IMG/VR virus record: IMGVR_UViG_3300006310_000001
Length of the DNA: 64,000 nucleotides
Reading direction: 5' to 3' (one strand)
DNA from: a virus
Under the pieces are notes generated by a model. That model searched no databases, was not told the DNA's origin, and saw only the letters and a list, made by a program, of their open reading frames with translations. A program made the translations under genes and the position numbers. Of the stretch, positions 28,327 through 37,246 are shown in pieces (position 1 is the stretch's first letter; every line of letters starts with the position of its first letter).

Positions 28327-29270
28327 TATTTAAACTTACAGTTTGCCATTACTTCTGTTAAACAAGCGACCATATTAATCTCTTGGTCTGCTACAAAAGC
28401 TGCCTTGTATTGATACCCAGCAATAACTAAAACTGCCTGTGGTATAGATTGTGGTTGTAAATGTTTGTATAGTATTTCATATACCTTTGAAAATAATGCT
28501 GATGGTTCTTTATCTAGGTTTTGTATAACCCATTTTCTCATATCATTAAATCTTTTTTCTTTTAAAATTGCGATAAGTTGTTTAGTATCTGCTTCAGTTA
28601 AACTGAATAATATACCACTATCAATCTTACCTCTTACTGAATATCGTTGAAGTTCATTAATAGTTCTTCTAAAATCTGGAAAGTATTTCTGTATTAATTC
28701 TGCAATTACTTTTTTATCAAACTCTATCACTTCTTCTGTTAAGATACCACACAACCTATTCATAAGTTGTGTCATTATTTTAATTTTATCACCATTAGTA
28801 ATCGCAAAATCAATAACAGTACATCTACTATGCAATGCTGGTAATATCTTATTCTTATAATTACAAGTAAAGATAAATCTACAATTCTTATAAAATGTTT
28901 CTATGAAATTTCTTAATGCAGGTTGAACGGACTCTGGATTCATATAGTCCGCCTCATCAAGTATAACAACTTTATGACTTGCTGTTTCAGTTAAAGATAC
29001 AGTTGACGCAAAGTTTTTAATCTTATTTCTTAACGTATCTATCTGTCTACCTTCGTCTGATCCATTAATGATAATGTAATCAACACTTAACTCTTCACAT
29101 AAAGCACGTGCTACAGTAGTCTTACCTGTACCTGCTGTACCTGATAGTAATAGGTTTGGGAGTTCTTTTTGATTTATAAACTGTTTAAAAGTTTCTTTTA
29201 GTTCATTGGTTAAAATACAATCTTCAATTTTTCTTGGTCTGTACTTCTCAACCCATAAATTTTCTGCCAT
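28326..29270 (-). CDS. 44: clamp loader large subunit gp44
   Basis: WVEKYRP, GTAGTGKTT, DEAD, LHSRC and FPDFRR. Confidence 0.96.
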   Translation of the reverse strand: MAENLWVEKYRPRKIEDCILTNELKETFKQFINQKELPNLLLSGTAGTGKTTVARALCEELSVDYIIINGSDEGRQIDTLRNKIKNFASTVSLTETASHKVVILDEADYMNPESVQPALRNFIETFYKNCRFIFTCNYKNKILPALHSRCTVIDFAITNGDKIKIMTQLMNRLCGILTEEVIEFDKKVIAELIQKYFPDFRRTINELQRYSVRGKIDSGILFSLTEADTKQLIAILKEKRFNDMRKWVIQNLDKEPSALFSKVYEILYKHLQPQSIPQAVLVIAGYQYKAAFVADQEINMVACLTEVMANCKFK

Positions 29271-29283
29271 AATATATTCACTT

Positions 29284-29403
29284 TCATATAATCAACCCTA
29301 TCAATACTCCTATTATAATACCTTCCAGCCAAAATGCCCACCTATGTGAACCTCTTGCTGTATGTTTACAAATAAAAGTACACGTCCAGTCTTTTACTGA
29401 CAT
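29284..29403 (-). CDS. 39-aa membrane peptide (MSVKDWTCTFICKHTARGSHRWAFWLEGIIIGVLIGLII)
   Basis: Hand-translated; fills the gp45-gp44 gap. Confidence 0.5.
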   Translation of the reverse strand: MSVKDWTCTFICKHTARGSHRWAFWLEGIIIGVLIGLII

Positions 29404-29405
29404 AA

Positions 29406-30071
29406 TTAAAACTCACTATCTGGTTCTAATGCTATCCAATATTGTACTGGTTTATTTCTATTAACAAAATGACTTATTCTTTGTTTAGAAATTGCAATAT
29501 CATAATCATCTGGTATGATTTTTAAATTTTCTGCTTTGAAATATGCTACAAAAGTTTTATCAGTTGTACCTACTACAGCAGAATAATCGTTAGATGATTT
29601 ATTCTTTTTATCAGTTGCAATCATTGTAATGTTTTTACCATCACCTTTTACTGCAATGTCTGGTAAGTTCAATGTAACTATACCTTTCAATAAGTCATTA
29701 AAACATTTACCCTTTAATGTAAAAGTTACATACTTATCAGGCATATTAATTGATTTAGTTGGTGCTACAATTACTGATTTATCTGCAAAGAAATACTTAA
29801 CAGATTGTCTTGAATTGGCGTCTGATATAACCAATTTGTTAGTACCATTAAATTTGATATCTGATTTAGAAAATAATTCAACTGCTCTTAAAAATTCTGG
29901 TAAATCATATATCGCAAATTCTTGCTCAAATTTATTATCTATGTCTGCTTCAGCAAGAATATTCTTTAAAGTAGAAATAGTTTGTAGTTGCTTTCCTGGT
30001 TTAACTAAAATGTTCTTATTAATTTCAGAAAAATTTTTTAAAATTGCAACTGTACTGTTTGATAGATTCAT
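29406..30071 (-). CDS. 45: sliding clamp gp45
   Basis: MNLSNSTVAILKNFSEIN...YWIALE. Confidence 0.95.
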   Translation of the reverse strand: MNLSNSTVAILKNFSEINKNILVKPGKQLQTISTLKNILAEADIDNKFEQEFAIYDLPEFLRAVELFSKSDIKFNGTNKLVISDANSRQSVKYFFADKSVIVAPTKSINMPDKYVTFTLKGKCFNDLLKGIVTLNLPDIAVKGDGKNITMIATDKKNKSSNDYSAVVGTTDKTFVAYFKAENLKIIPDDYDIAISKQRISHFVNRNKPVQYWIALEPDSEF

Positions 30072-30101
30072 ATCAACTCCTTCATAATTTAATCATACTG
30101 T

Positions 30102-30130
30102 AATATATCACCAACCTCACATAAAGTCAA
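30102..30130 (-). promoter_or_regulatory. sigma70-type promoter for gp45
   Basis: TTGACT-N17-TATATT with TG extension, preceded by AACCAACA. Confidence 0.65.
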
Positions 30131-30136
30131 TGTTGG

Positions 30137-30523
30137 TTACTGAACAGGACAGTTAGGATTTTCTGTTAAGTCTATAATAGTAGCATTTGCTGTAACCAAT
30201 TGGTCTGCTAATTGAGTTGCTACTGCTTCTGCTGTATTTAACTCCGACTCTATTGTCGCTAATTCACTATTTTGTTCTGTTAATACAACTTTAATTGAAC
30301 CTAATTCAAGTTCATATGCTTGTACTGTACCTTCCAATAATGCAATACTATCCAAGTATTCTGCTTCTACAGTAGAAATACCTACCTCAGCGTTTGCTAA
30401 TAAAGCTAGTGCTTTATCTTTTTTATTTTTTAAGTCTACAGTAATAATCAATAACGCAACTATAGCGATAACTGCTGCTACTGCTGTTCCTGATATCTTA
30501 TTTTTTATATCTTTAAGTTTCAT
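30137..30523 (-). CDS. membrane-anchored coiled-coil protein
   Basis: N-terminal TM helix followed by heptads. With the upstream lipoprotein it could be a spanin-like pair (unverified). Confidence 0.55.
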   Translation of the reverse strand: MKLKDIKNKISGTAVAAVIAIVALLIITVDLKNKKDKALALLANAEVGISTVEAEYLDSIALLEGTVQAYELELGSIKVVLTEQNSELATIESELNTAEAVATQLADQLVTANATIIDLTENPNCPVQ

Positions 30524-30726
30524 TTCTTTTCCTTCTTATCAATTAATTCGCAAGTAATCTCATCTGCTTGTAACCCAGCATTGCCATCAAATATCCATAC
30601 GTAAGAATAGTGAACCTGGTCACCTTTTGCTACGCACTTTTTACCGAATGCTATACTTGGATTTTTTATGCTTGAACAAGCGCTTAAGAGAATCAAACTC
30701 ATTAAAATCACTAATATTTTATTCAT
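30520..30726 (-). CDS. small lipoprotein
   Basis: Start at MNKILV; lipobox LSAC. Confidence 0.65.
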   Translation of the reverse strand: MNKILVILMSLILLSACSSIKNPSIAFGKKCVAKGDQVHYSYVWIFDGNAGLQADEITCELIDKKEKK

Positions 30727-30744
30727 AATTTCCTCATTTAGTTT

Positions 30745-30773
30745 ATTATATAACAATAGTATTTATAAGTCAA
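30745..30773 (-). promoter_or_regulatory. sigma70 promoter (TTGACT-N17-TATAAT) with a late promoter TATAAATA (30760-30767) nested in its spacer
   Basis: Both consensus sequences are exact. Confidence 0.75.
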
Positions 30774-30787
30774 TGTTGGTTAGGCCC

Positions 30788-30820
30788 AAAAAAAATAGCG
30801 GCGGTTTTACCCGCCACTAT
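30788..30820 (-). terminator. rho-independent terminator after hsp20
   Basis: ATAG.GGCGG/CCGCC.CTAT stem followed by a T8 tract. Confidence 0.85.
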
Positions 30821-30833
30821 CTATATTACGTTA

Positions 30834-31283
30834 TTATTTAACGTCTATTGTTTTTAGTTTCTTTTCTTCTGGAATAATCTTCTCCATAGAAACTTTTAAC
30901 AGTCCATCTTTCAGTTCAGCACCTTTGACTTTTACATCATTAGCGATTGTGAAAGACCTTTTAAAGTATCTTTTAGAGATACCTTTATGTAATACTTCAC
31001 CATCTTCATCCTTGTCAGAAGATTCATCTTCCTTCTTGGTTTCAATAGTTAGCATACCGTTTTCAACATTGACAGTAATGTCTTTCTTGTTGAATCCAGC
31101 TAATGCAACTTCAATATCGTAAGTATTCTTACCTGACTTAACTATATTGTATGGTGGGTAACTAGGTTGTATATCGTTGATGAAATCGTCATCAAACATT
31201 GAACCGAAATGGTCAAAGATTGAATCGAATCCAACCGATACTGGTCTTAACCTGTTAAAAATAGATAATGCTTTATTGGTCAT
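30834..31283 (-). CDS. small heat-shock protein Hsp20
   Basis: YPPYNIV, IEVALAGF, RYFKRSFT and LKDGLLKV. Confidence 0.95.
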   Translation of the reverse strand: MTNKALSIFNRLRPVSVGFDSIFDHFGSMFDDDFINDIQPSYPPYNIVKSGKNTYDIEVALAGFNKKDITVNVENGMLTIETKKEDESSDKDEDGEVLHKGISKRYFKRSFTIANDVKVKGAELKDGLLKVSMEKIIPEEKKLKTIDVK

Positions 31284-31318
31284 AAAAACCTCCTTTTATT
31301 AAGCAAAGTTATCGTTTA

Positions 31319-31615
31319 TGAGTCCCTTAATGGCAACTCACTACTACTTATATATGTAGTTTCCTACAATATACAAGTAGCGCCGATGGATTTATTTTTA
31401 ATAGTATGAATCCACCAAAATATCTATCGTAGTGTCCGCTATTGGTATTGAAACCTTTGGACCTTCTATGGGTTTTAGAGTCTCCCCAAACTCCCACAAA
31501 ACTCGTAATTCATTGAGGTTTTGTTATAGTAGACCTCAAACTACTACCAACTTTCAGATATTAAATCTGCAGGTGTTGGCACCCTTCCACGCCCCAGGAC
31601 TTATGAACTGCCTGG
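31319..31615 (-). ncRNA. candidate structured RNA with tandem H-type pseudoknots
   Basis: GC-enriched intergenic stretch with at least 5 helices; pseudoknots at 31513-31551 and 31468-31504; AATAAATA late-like promoter at 31623-31630. Confidence 0.45.
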
Positions 31616-31649
31616 TATAATATATTTATTCAAGCACAGGCGTGTAATT

Positions 31650-31853
31650 CTATAATCTATTCTGTATCAATTTCAACTTCTTTTTCCAGTTCTTGATACC
31701 TTCTTTTTTCTTTTCTCTTTTAATTTCTGATGGTTTTCTATAGTACTGCTTTAATCTATAGTCTTTTAGTATACCTGCTTTAAGTACTTTCTTCTTAAGC
31801 ACTCTCATAGCTTTCTCTACATTACCGTGTCTTACTTCAACTGTTATTGCCAC
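31650..31853 (-). CDS. rpsU: ribosomal protein bS21
   Basis: V.VR.GNVEKAMRVLKKK...GILKDYR.KQYY.KPSE.KR. Confidence 0.92.
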   Translation of the reverse strand: MAITVEVRHGNVEKAMRVLKKKVLKAGILKDYRLKQYYRKPSEIKREKKKEGIKNWKKKLKLIQNRL

Positions 31854-32133
31854 GTTCTTTTACCCTCCTCTCCGCTTCATTAATAATCTTATGTGTATCA
31901 GTTGTACACTCCTCTTTCATTTTTCCTTCTTTTCTAATCTTATCCATTTCTATTCTAATATATTCTTGGTGTCTGGATTGAACCAAACTATCTTCTAATT
32001 CTTTTTTTTGAGATTCTAATGTTTCAACTTTCGCTGTTTTTAATTTCATCATTATTTGGTCTTCAGGTGTAGTAAAATTACTAATCTTATTCTTCTCTAA
32101 TATCTTCAAAACTTCTTTTTTACTATGTGCCAT
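31837..32133 (-). CDS. hypothetical protein (98 aa)
   Basis: Coupled ORF. Confidence 0.65.
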   Translation of the reverse strand: MAHSKKEVLKILEKNKISNFTTPEDQIMMKLKTAKVETLESQKKELEDSLVQSRHQEYIRIEMDKIRKEGKMKEECTTDTHKIINEAERRVKERGNNS

Positions 32134-32291
32134 TAAAGTATCTTTAATAAAATTATTGTTTGCATAACTAACAAAATAACTGGAAGTATAGTTCTAATTA
32201 ATTCCATTGTATGGTTATGTCTATCTAAAAATCTTTCTAATTTATTTCTTTTGTTTTGTTTCTTCATATATTCGCTATAAAAATCGTTCAT
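32133..32291 (-). CDS. 52-aa protein with C-terminal TM helix (MNDFYSEY...HNHTMELIRTILPVILLV...)
   Basis: Hand-translated; AAGGA RBS; TAATG coupling to the next gene. Confidence 0.6.
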   Translation of the reverse strand: MNDFYSEYMKKQNKRNKLERFLDRHNHTMELIRTILPVILLVMQTIILLKIL

Positions 32292-32303
32292 AGTTCCTTT
32301 CAA

Positions 32304-32349
32304 GTGTAGTTTATGAAGCGGAGCACTACCTCCGCTTCAGGACTTACAC
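32304..32349. other. strong hairpin downstream of the AAA ATPase (terminator or processing site)
   Basis: Perfect 10-bp TGAAGCGGAG/CTCCGCTTCA stem plus an outer GTGTA/TACAC helix; no U-tract. Confidence 0.6.
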
Positions 32350-32364
32350 TATGATTGAGAGTTT

Positions 32365-33588
32365 TTAAATATGAGCTGATGTATCATTGTCTGATTCAGC
32401 AGCGTCATCTTTTGAGTCACTCTCTTCCTCTTTCACTTGGTCAGCTACTTCTTGTTTTCTTTGGTCTTCAGCAATTGTTTCTGCTGTAGCACCTCCGTCA
32501 ACTTTAGAATATAACTCTACAAATGAATTCTTTGTATCTTCATCAAATCTATTAGTACATACTTCAATAGCTTTTATCTTATCTTTAAAGATAGTAAATG
32601 CTTGAACTATGTGGACTAATCTTCTTGTTGAGATAATCTCATCTACGCCTCCGTCAAAGAAAGTTTTTCTTATAACGTCTGCCCAAGTGACTAACTTTTT
32701 ACAGAAGTCTTTATCTTTTTTTCCACTTCTTTCAAGAGTTTTAATTAAGATTTTTTCTTCAATCTTAACACTTGGATATTTCTGTTCAAATGTAATCGGA
32801 AATCTTTCTAAAAATGCTTCGTTAAGCACGTTAGTTCCGATAAATTTTCCGTCTTCACTACCTTGTCCTTTAGTATTAGCAGTAGCAATCACGTTGAATC
32901 CGTCGGCAGGTTTCACGAATTTATTAATCTTCTTAACAAAGATTCCAGAACCTTCAAGAATTGGTTGTAAACACATTATCTTATTACTTGCAAGGTCTAT
33001 CTCATCAAGTAAAAGAATTGCGCCTCTTTCCATTGCTTCTATAACAGGTCCATTTTGCCATACGGTTTGTCCTTCTCTTAATCTATAACCGCCGAGCAAA
33101 TCATCCTCGTCTGTTTCTATTGTTACATTGACTCTAATCATTTCACGTCTGTTTTCGGCACAAGCTTGGGTAACTCCCATAGTCTTACCGTTTCCTGAAA
33201 GTCCTGTAATAAAAACAGGATAAAACATTCTGGATTTGACGATTGATTTTAAGTCAGGATAACTACCAAATGATACGAATACTGAATCCTTTTTAGGTAC
33301 AATATCGCCAGTCAAAGAAGAAACTATATAAGCTGCTTCACTTACTTTATTCTCTTTAACGGTTTCAGTTTTAGAAACTTTTGTTTCTTCAACTTTATCA
33401 TCTATGTTTGGTAATCTAAATAATCCCCTATCAACTTTTAGGTTCTTATTTTTTGTTAACCATTGCGGTTCGTACTTATGTCCAAATTCTTTATTGGCAA
33501 GTACTAAATCAGCAAGTGTTAATTCAACTTTGTTTGGAAACAACTTCTTAGCGTGTTTAACAAAGTCTATTTGTTTCTGATTTAACAT
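32365..33588 (-). CDS. MoxR/CobS-like AAA+ ATPase
   Basis: GLSGNGKT, LLLDEID, ATANTKG and AFLERF; start at MLNQ (AAGGA RBS). Confidence 0.9.
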   Translation of the reverse strand: MLNQKQIDFVKHAKKLFPNKVELTLADLVLANKEFGHKYEPQWLTKNKNLKVDRGLFRLPNIDDKVEETKVSKTETVKENKVSEAAYIVSSLTGDIVPKKDSVFVSFGSYPDLKSIVKSRMFYPVFITGLSGNGKTMGVTQACAENRREMIRVNVTIETDEDDLLGGYRLREGQTVWQNGPVIEAMERGAILLLDEIDLASNKIMCLQPILEGSGIFVKKINKFVKPADGFNVIATANTKGQGSEDGKFIGTNVLNEAFLERFPITFEQKYPSVKIEEKILIKTLERSGKKDKDFCKKLVTWADVIRKTFFDGGVDEIISTRRLVHIVQAFTIFKDKIKAIEVCTNRFDEDTKNSFVELYSKVDGGATAETIAEDQRKQEVADQVKEEESDSKDDAAESDNDTSAHI

Positions 33589-33626
33589 AGTGTTTTCACG
33601 TCCTTTCATCATTATATTATAAGTAT

Positions 33627-33655
33627 ATTATACAGGACTTTTTTAGAAAAGTCAA
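33627..33655 (-). promoter_or_regulatory. sigma70-type promoter
   Basis: TTGACT-N17-TATAAT. Confidence 0.8.
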
Positions 33656-33695
33656 TATACAAAATACCCTTATTTTTCAATGTTTTTTTCATTGT

Positions 33696-36014
33696 TTATG
33701 CGACCTCCGCTATAAATTTGTTTAAAACTACTCTTGAAACTAGTCGATTCTTCATACTCTTACCGAAGATTCTTTTTAGTTCAGCACCAGTTCCTTTTTT
33801 AACTGTTGCGTCTTGTAGGTTAAAATTCTGTACTTTCAATTTCTTGCCGTTTAGTAAGAAATACTTATCATATCCACTTTGGTATACTATAGCAGCGTTA
33901 TCAGTTCTAAAACTTTTTTGTATTTTAAGTCTTAATTTTTCTTTATGTTCATAATCTTTATAATCACTTCCGATAAATCTATCTAGTTCCCAACGTCTAA
34001 TTCTTTTTATAATATAGAAACCGACTATTGTAGGATTGTGGTCTGATTTTATCATACTTAATAATGTATCGGTCATAGCACTACCGTACCAACCGTCTGT
34101 TAAAATTATCTTTTTATTCTTATGTGTAATAACTACTTTAGATTCATAATCAATACTTCTTTTTATATAATTTTGTTTCTTTGCTTTTGCGTCTTTAATT
34201 TCATACTCATCAATTGCTCTAGTAGGTTTATCTGGTATAGGTATTATCTGATTGTGTCTGAAACTGTTTCCGCCTCCGTCAGTTAAAGTAATAAAAGTAA
34301 GTTTTTCAACTTTATATTTCTTTTGAAATTCTGGTATTATATTATTACATACTATCAATGCTTCATTTAAAGGTGTATTTCCTAAATAATATTTGTCTGG
34401 TATATGATAGTTACTTCCTTTTGGATATTCTGGATCACTCCAATTTCTTGACCATCTTTGGTCATAATCTTTTGCCATATGATACATATATAATAGTGCT
34501 TCTTCAAATTCATTTTTTTTCATTCTATGACTTAAACAATTCACTAATTTAAATTCATCAAAACAAAAATCACCGTACTTATAATTCCAATATTGTTTAT
34601 CTCTTTCATCTGAATCTCTTTCACTTGTAAAAAAGTATACTTCAAATGGTATATTAACTTTTCTTGTAAATTCTACTAGGTTAATTAATTGAGCAACAGT
34701 ATCAGCAATACAATCACTCATACTTCCTGACCAATCTAATAACATTATCATACCGTGGTTCTTACCGTCAGGTATAATAGTCATTCTTTTAAATATGTCT
34801 TCACTAAATTTGTAATTTCTTAATTTTAAAGGATCAATAACTCCTGTTTTATCAGTATTTGCTCTTTTATAAGCAGACGCTGCTTTTTTCATTTCAAATT
34901 CTTTAACAAGATACATAACTGTCTTCTTGTTTTCAGTTCTAAATTTTTTAAACTTATCTAAAATCCATCTTTTATATTCAAGTGTACTTTCTGGATTAGA
35001 TTGTACTTGGTCACTTATATGTTTTCTGAAATCATTTAAAAAAGTTTTATATGATACTAAACATTGGTTAAGATTTGGTTTTGGTAATGTTCCGTATACA
35101 TAAGAAGTCTTTTTATCTAACAACGATTCTTTTTTCTGTTCAAAGAAATCATTTGTAATAGCTTTTAATTTTTTAGGTTTAGGGTCTCCGTCAGCACCTT
35201 TGGCGTGTTGTGTTGCTGTTTTAGCGTTTTCTTTTTCTTTATCTTTTAAATCTTTGTCTGTTGCTTTTTCTTCTGAATCTCTTTTATCATTTTTTTCATC
35301 TTGTACATCTGGATTATCAGCACTTTCAGAATTTTGGTCTTGTTCTTTTTTATCTTGTGGATCAGTTGCGTCTTCATCTGATAATTCATAATTTTTAATT
35401 AATGGGTGGTCATCAAAATCTGGTAATTTCTTCATTTGTTCAACTTGTTTTTTCTGCCAATTTAACATATCTTTAGCAACTCTAACAACGTCTGTAAATG
35501 ATTTAATTGAATCAACTTTATCTAACCAATTGTTTGCTTTATCATCAAATATAAATGGTAATCTATTACTTGATTTACTTCTTAAATTAATCTTATCAAT
35601 TAACATAAGTTCTTTATTTAAATCTTTATCTTTCATACCAAAGAAGTTTTGTTTTTCTAATATATCAAAACCGTTGATATAATTTCTAACAACTCCTGGG
35701 TATTTCTTTTGAATTTTTTTATCTATTCTAGTATCTTCTAAAACATTAACGTAAGTTCTTAACTCATCATCATCTTGAATTTTTTTCCAACCGTTTTGTG
35801 GAGTAAATAATGCGTGGGCACATTCGTGAGCAATTAACATATCATAAACATCACCGTGTGATTCTTTAAATATAGGGAGAGTTAACACACGAGTCTTTGT
35901 ATTAAAAGACGCTGTTGAAACGTTGTTGTGTTGTATGATTATATTTTCTGTTGCAAGTAATTTAGCTAACTGACTTTTTGTATCTAAATTTATTGTTGTA
36001 GTGCCTTTTTTCAT
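33696..36014 (-). CDS. HExxH metallopeptidase-like + vWA (CobT-like) protein, partner of the MoxR ATPase
   Basis: HECAH, NVLEDTRI, MLLDWSGSM (MIDAS), TPLNEA and LTDG. Confidence 0.85.
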   Translation of the reverse strand: MKKGTTTINLDTKSQLAKLLATENIIIQHNNVSTASFNTKTRVLTLPIFKESHGDVYDMLIAHECAHALFTPQNGWKKIQDDDELRTYVNVLEDTRIDKKIQKKYPGVVRNYINGFDILEKQNFFGMKDKDLNKELMLIDKINLRSKSSNRLPFIFDDKANNWLDKVDSIKSFTDVVRVAKDMLNWQKKQVEQMKKLPDFDDHPLIKNYELSDEDATDPQDKKEQDQNSESADNPDVQDEKNDKRDSEEKATDKDLKDKEKENAKTATQHAKGADGDPKPKKLKAITNDFFEQKKESLLDKKTSYVYGTLPKPNLNQCLVSYKTFLNDFRKHISDQVQSNPESTLEYKRWILDKFKKFRTENKKTVMYLVKEFEMKKAASAYKRANTDKTGVIDPLKLRNYKFSEDIFKRMTIIPDGKNHGMIMLLDWSGSMSDCIADTVAQLINLVEFTRKVNIPFEVYFFTSERDSDERDKQYWNYKYGDFCFDEFKLVNCLSHRMKKNEFEEALLYMYHMAKDYDQRWSRNWSDPEYPKGSNYHIPDKYYLGNTPLNEALIVCNNIIPEFQKKYKVEKLTFITLTDGGGNSFRHNQIIPIPDKPTRAIDEYEIKDAKAKKQNYIKRSIDYESKVVITHKNKKIILTDGWYGSAMTDTLLSMIKSDHNPTIVGFYIIKRIRRWELDRFIGSDYKDYEHKEKLRLKIQKSFRTDNAAIVYQSGYDKYFLLNGKKLKVQNFNLQDATVKKGTGAELKRIFGKSMKNRLVSRVVLNKFIAEVA

Positions 36015-36025
36015 AGTATGTATAT

Positions 36026-36054
36026 ATCATACAGGAAAAAATCGGGAAAGTCAA
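36026..36054 (-). promoter_or_regulatory. sigma70-type promoter
   Basis: TTGACT-N17-TATGAT. Confidence 0.7.
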
Positions 36055-36094
36055 GTGTTCATTTCCCCTTATTTTATGCGGCTTCCAGACGATC

Positions 36095-37246
36095 CTATTT
36101 CTTAAATATGAAAATTGGCTCGTATTTTGCACCTGATTCTTGCGAGGATAACTGTAATTTGTACGTATCCGTATGTTCAAATCCTTCTTCTACAGCGATT
36201 CGTACTGTATCATCTTCAAAGGTTTTATGTGATTTAATGTTCGCTACATTTAACCCCATATACTTACCTTTTTTTAATCCTATATATGCATTTTGTATTG
36301 TTGTTCTTAAAAAGCCATTGTTCCACTCTTCATTACCACTATATTGATTAAATGATTGTTCTGCTTCATCACCATATTGTTCCCAATTGAAATAAGGTGG
36401 ACTTGTAAATGCAAAATCTAAAGTGTTTTCTTTTGGAACAAAGGTTTCACTACCACACTTGTTTAAAAAGTAATGTCTATTCTCTCTACCAAAATCTTTC
36501 TTAATTTCTTTTAATCCTTTAAATGTTAATTCAGCTGGATCAGTACCTATATAGTTAATATCTGATATAATTGCACCTAATATACGACCACCATATCCCA
36601 TTGACATATCCCATACCATAGCACCTGGGTGGGCAAAGTGTGAATATAAACACGCCGCTGCTGTAGGTCTAAAATTAGATACACATTGAGTTCCTGTATA
36701 TCTTCTTAATAAAGACCTCATAACACTTTCTGATTTATGTTTTGAAGCAGGAGATATTTCAGTTATTTCACCATATAAATTACTTGCAAGTGGCATTAAA
36801 TCATCTACTGATACTTGACCAAAGAAACTACCTGTTAATAACTTACGTATACCCTTTTTAAAATGCTCTTCGTTAGTGTATATCTCCATAGGAGTTCTCA
36901 TTTTACCACAACGAATACCAAAACTATGTGGCATATATGACCACGCTAAAGATAGACCTGTTTGATTTGGTTTAATAACTTTCTCTTGCGTTAATAACCC
37001 CTTAAAATCTGTTGATTGTAATGTTTTAAATTGTGATTCTCTATACTGTTTATCTGTAGCATAATAAGGAAATCCTCTTTTCATCCAATACTCATAAACT
37101 TTATCAATATTAGATTGTAATTCTTCTTCGTCTTTAACTACACCCTTTAGGTTACCCTTACTAGTAATAAGGTCTTCACCCATTATCTCTACACCAAATG
37201 CTTCTAATGCATTTTTTGTATCAGTTCTATTTGTTAGTTTTTTCAT
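36095..37246 (-). CDS. DNA amino-methyltransferase (SPPY type), paralogous to 16549-17778
   Basis: SNFRPTAA, WDMSMGYGGR, GTDP and AFTSPPYF. Confidence 0.75.
   Translation of the reverse strand: MKKLTNRTDTKNALEAFGVEIMGEDLITSKGNLKGVVKDEEELQSNIDKVYEYWMKRGFPYYATDKQYRESQFKTLQSTDFKGLLTQEKVIKPNQTGLSLAWSYMPHSFGIRCGKMRTPMEIYTNEEHFKKGIRKLLTGSFFGQVSVDDLMPLASNLYGEITEISPASKHKSESVMRSLLRRYTGTQCVSNFRPTAAACLYSHFAHPGAMVWDMSMGYGGRILGAIISDINYIGTDPAELTFKGLKEIKKDFGRENRHYFLNKCGSETFVPKENTLDFAFTSPPYFNWEQYGDEAEQSFNQYSGNEEWNNGFLRTTIQNAYIGLKKGKYMGLNVANIKSHKTFEDDTVRIAVEEGFEHTDTYKLQLSSQESGAKYEPIFIFKK

Noticed and set aside
31319-31615. tmRNA call for the pseudoknot-rich region
   Set aside because: No T-arm (GTTCRA), acceptor stem/CCA or tag reading frame was found; kept only as an unassigned ncRNA candidate.
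32365-36014. CobS/CobT cobaltochelatase as part of the tetrapyrrole module
   Set aside because: No CobN in the window, and MoxR-vWA pairs are widespread in T4-like phages without cobalamin genes.
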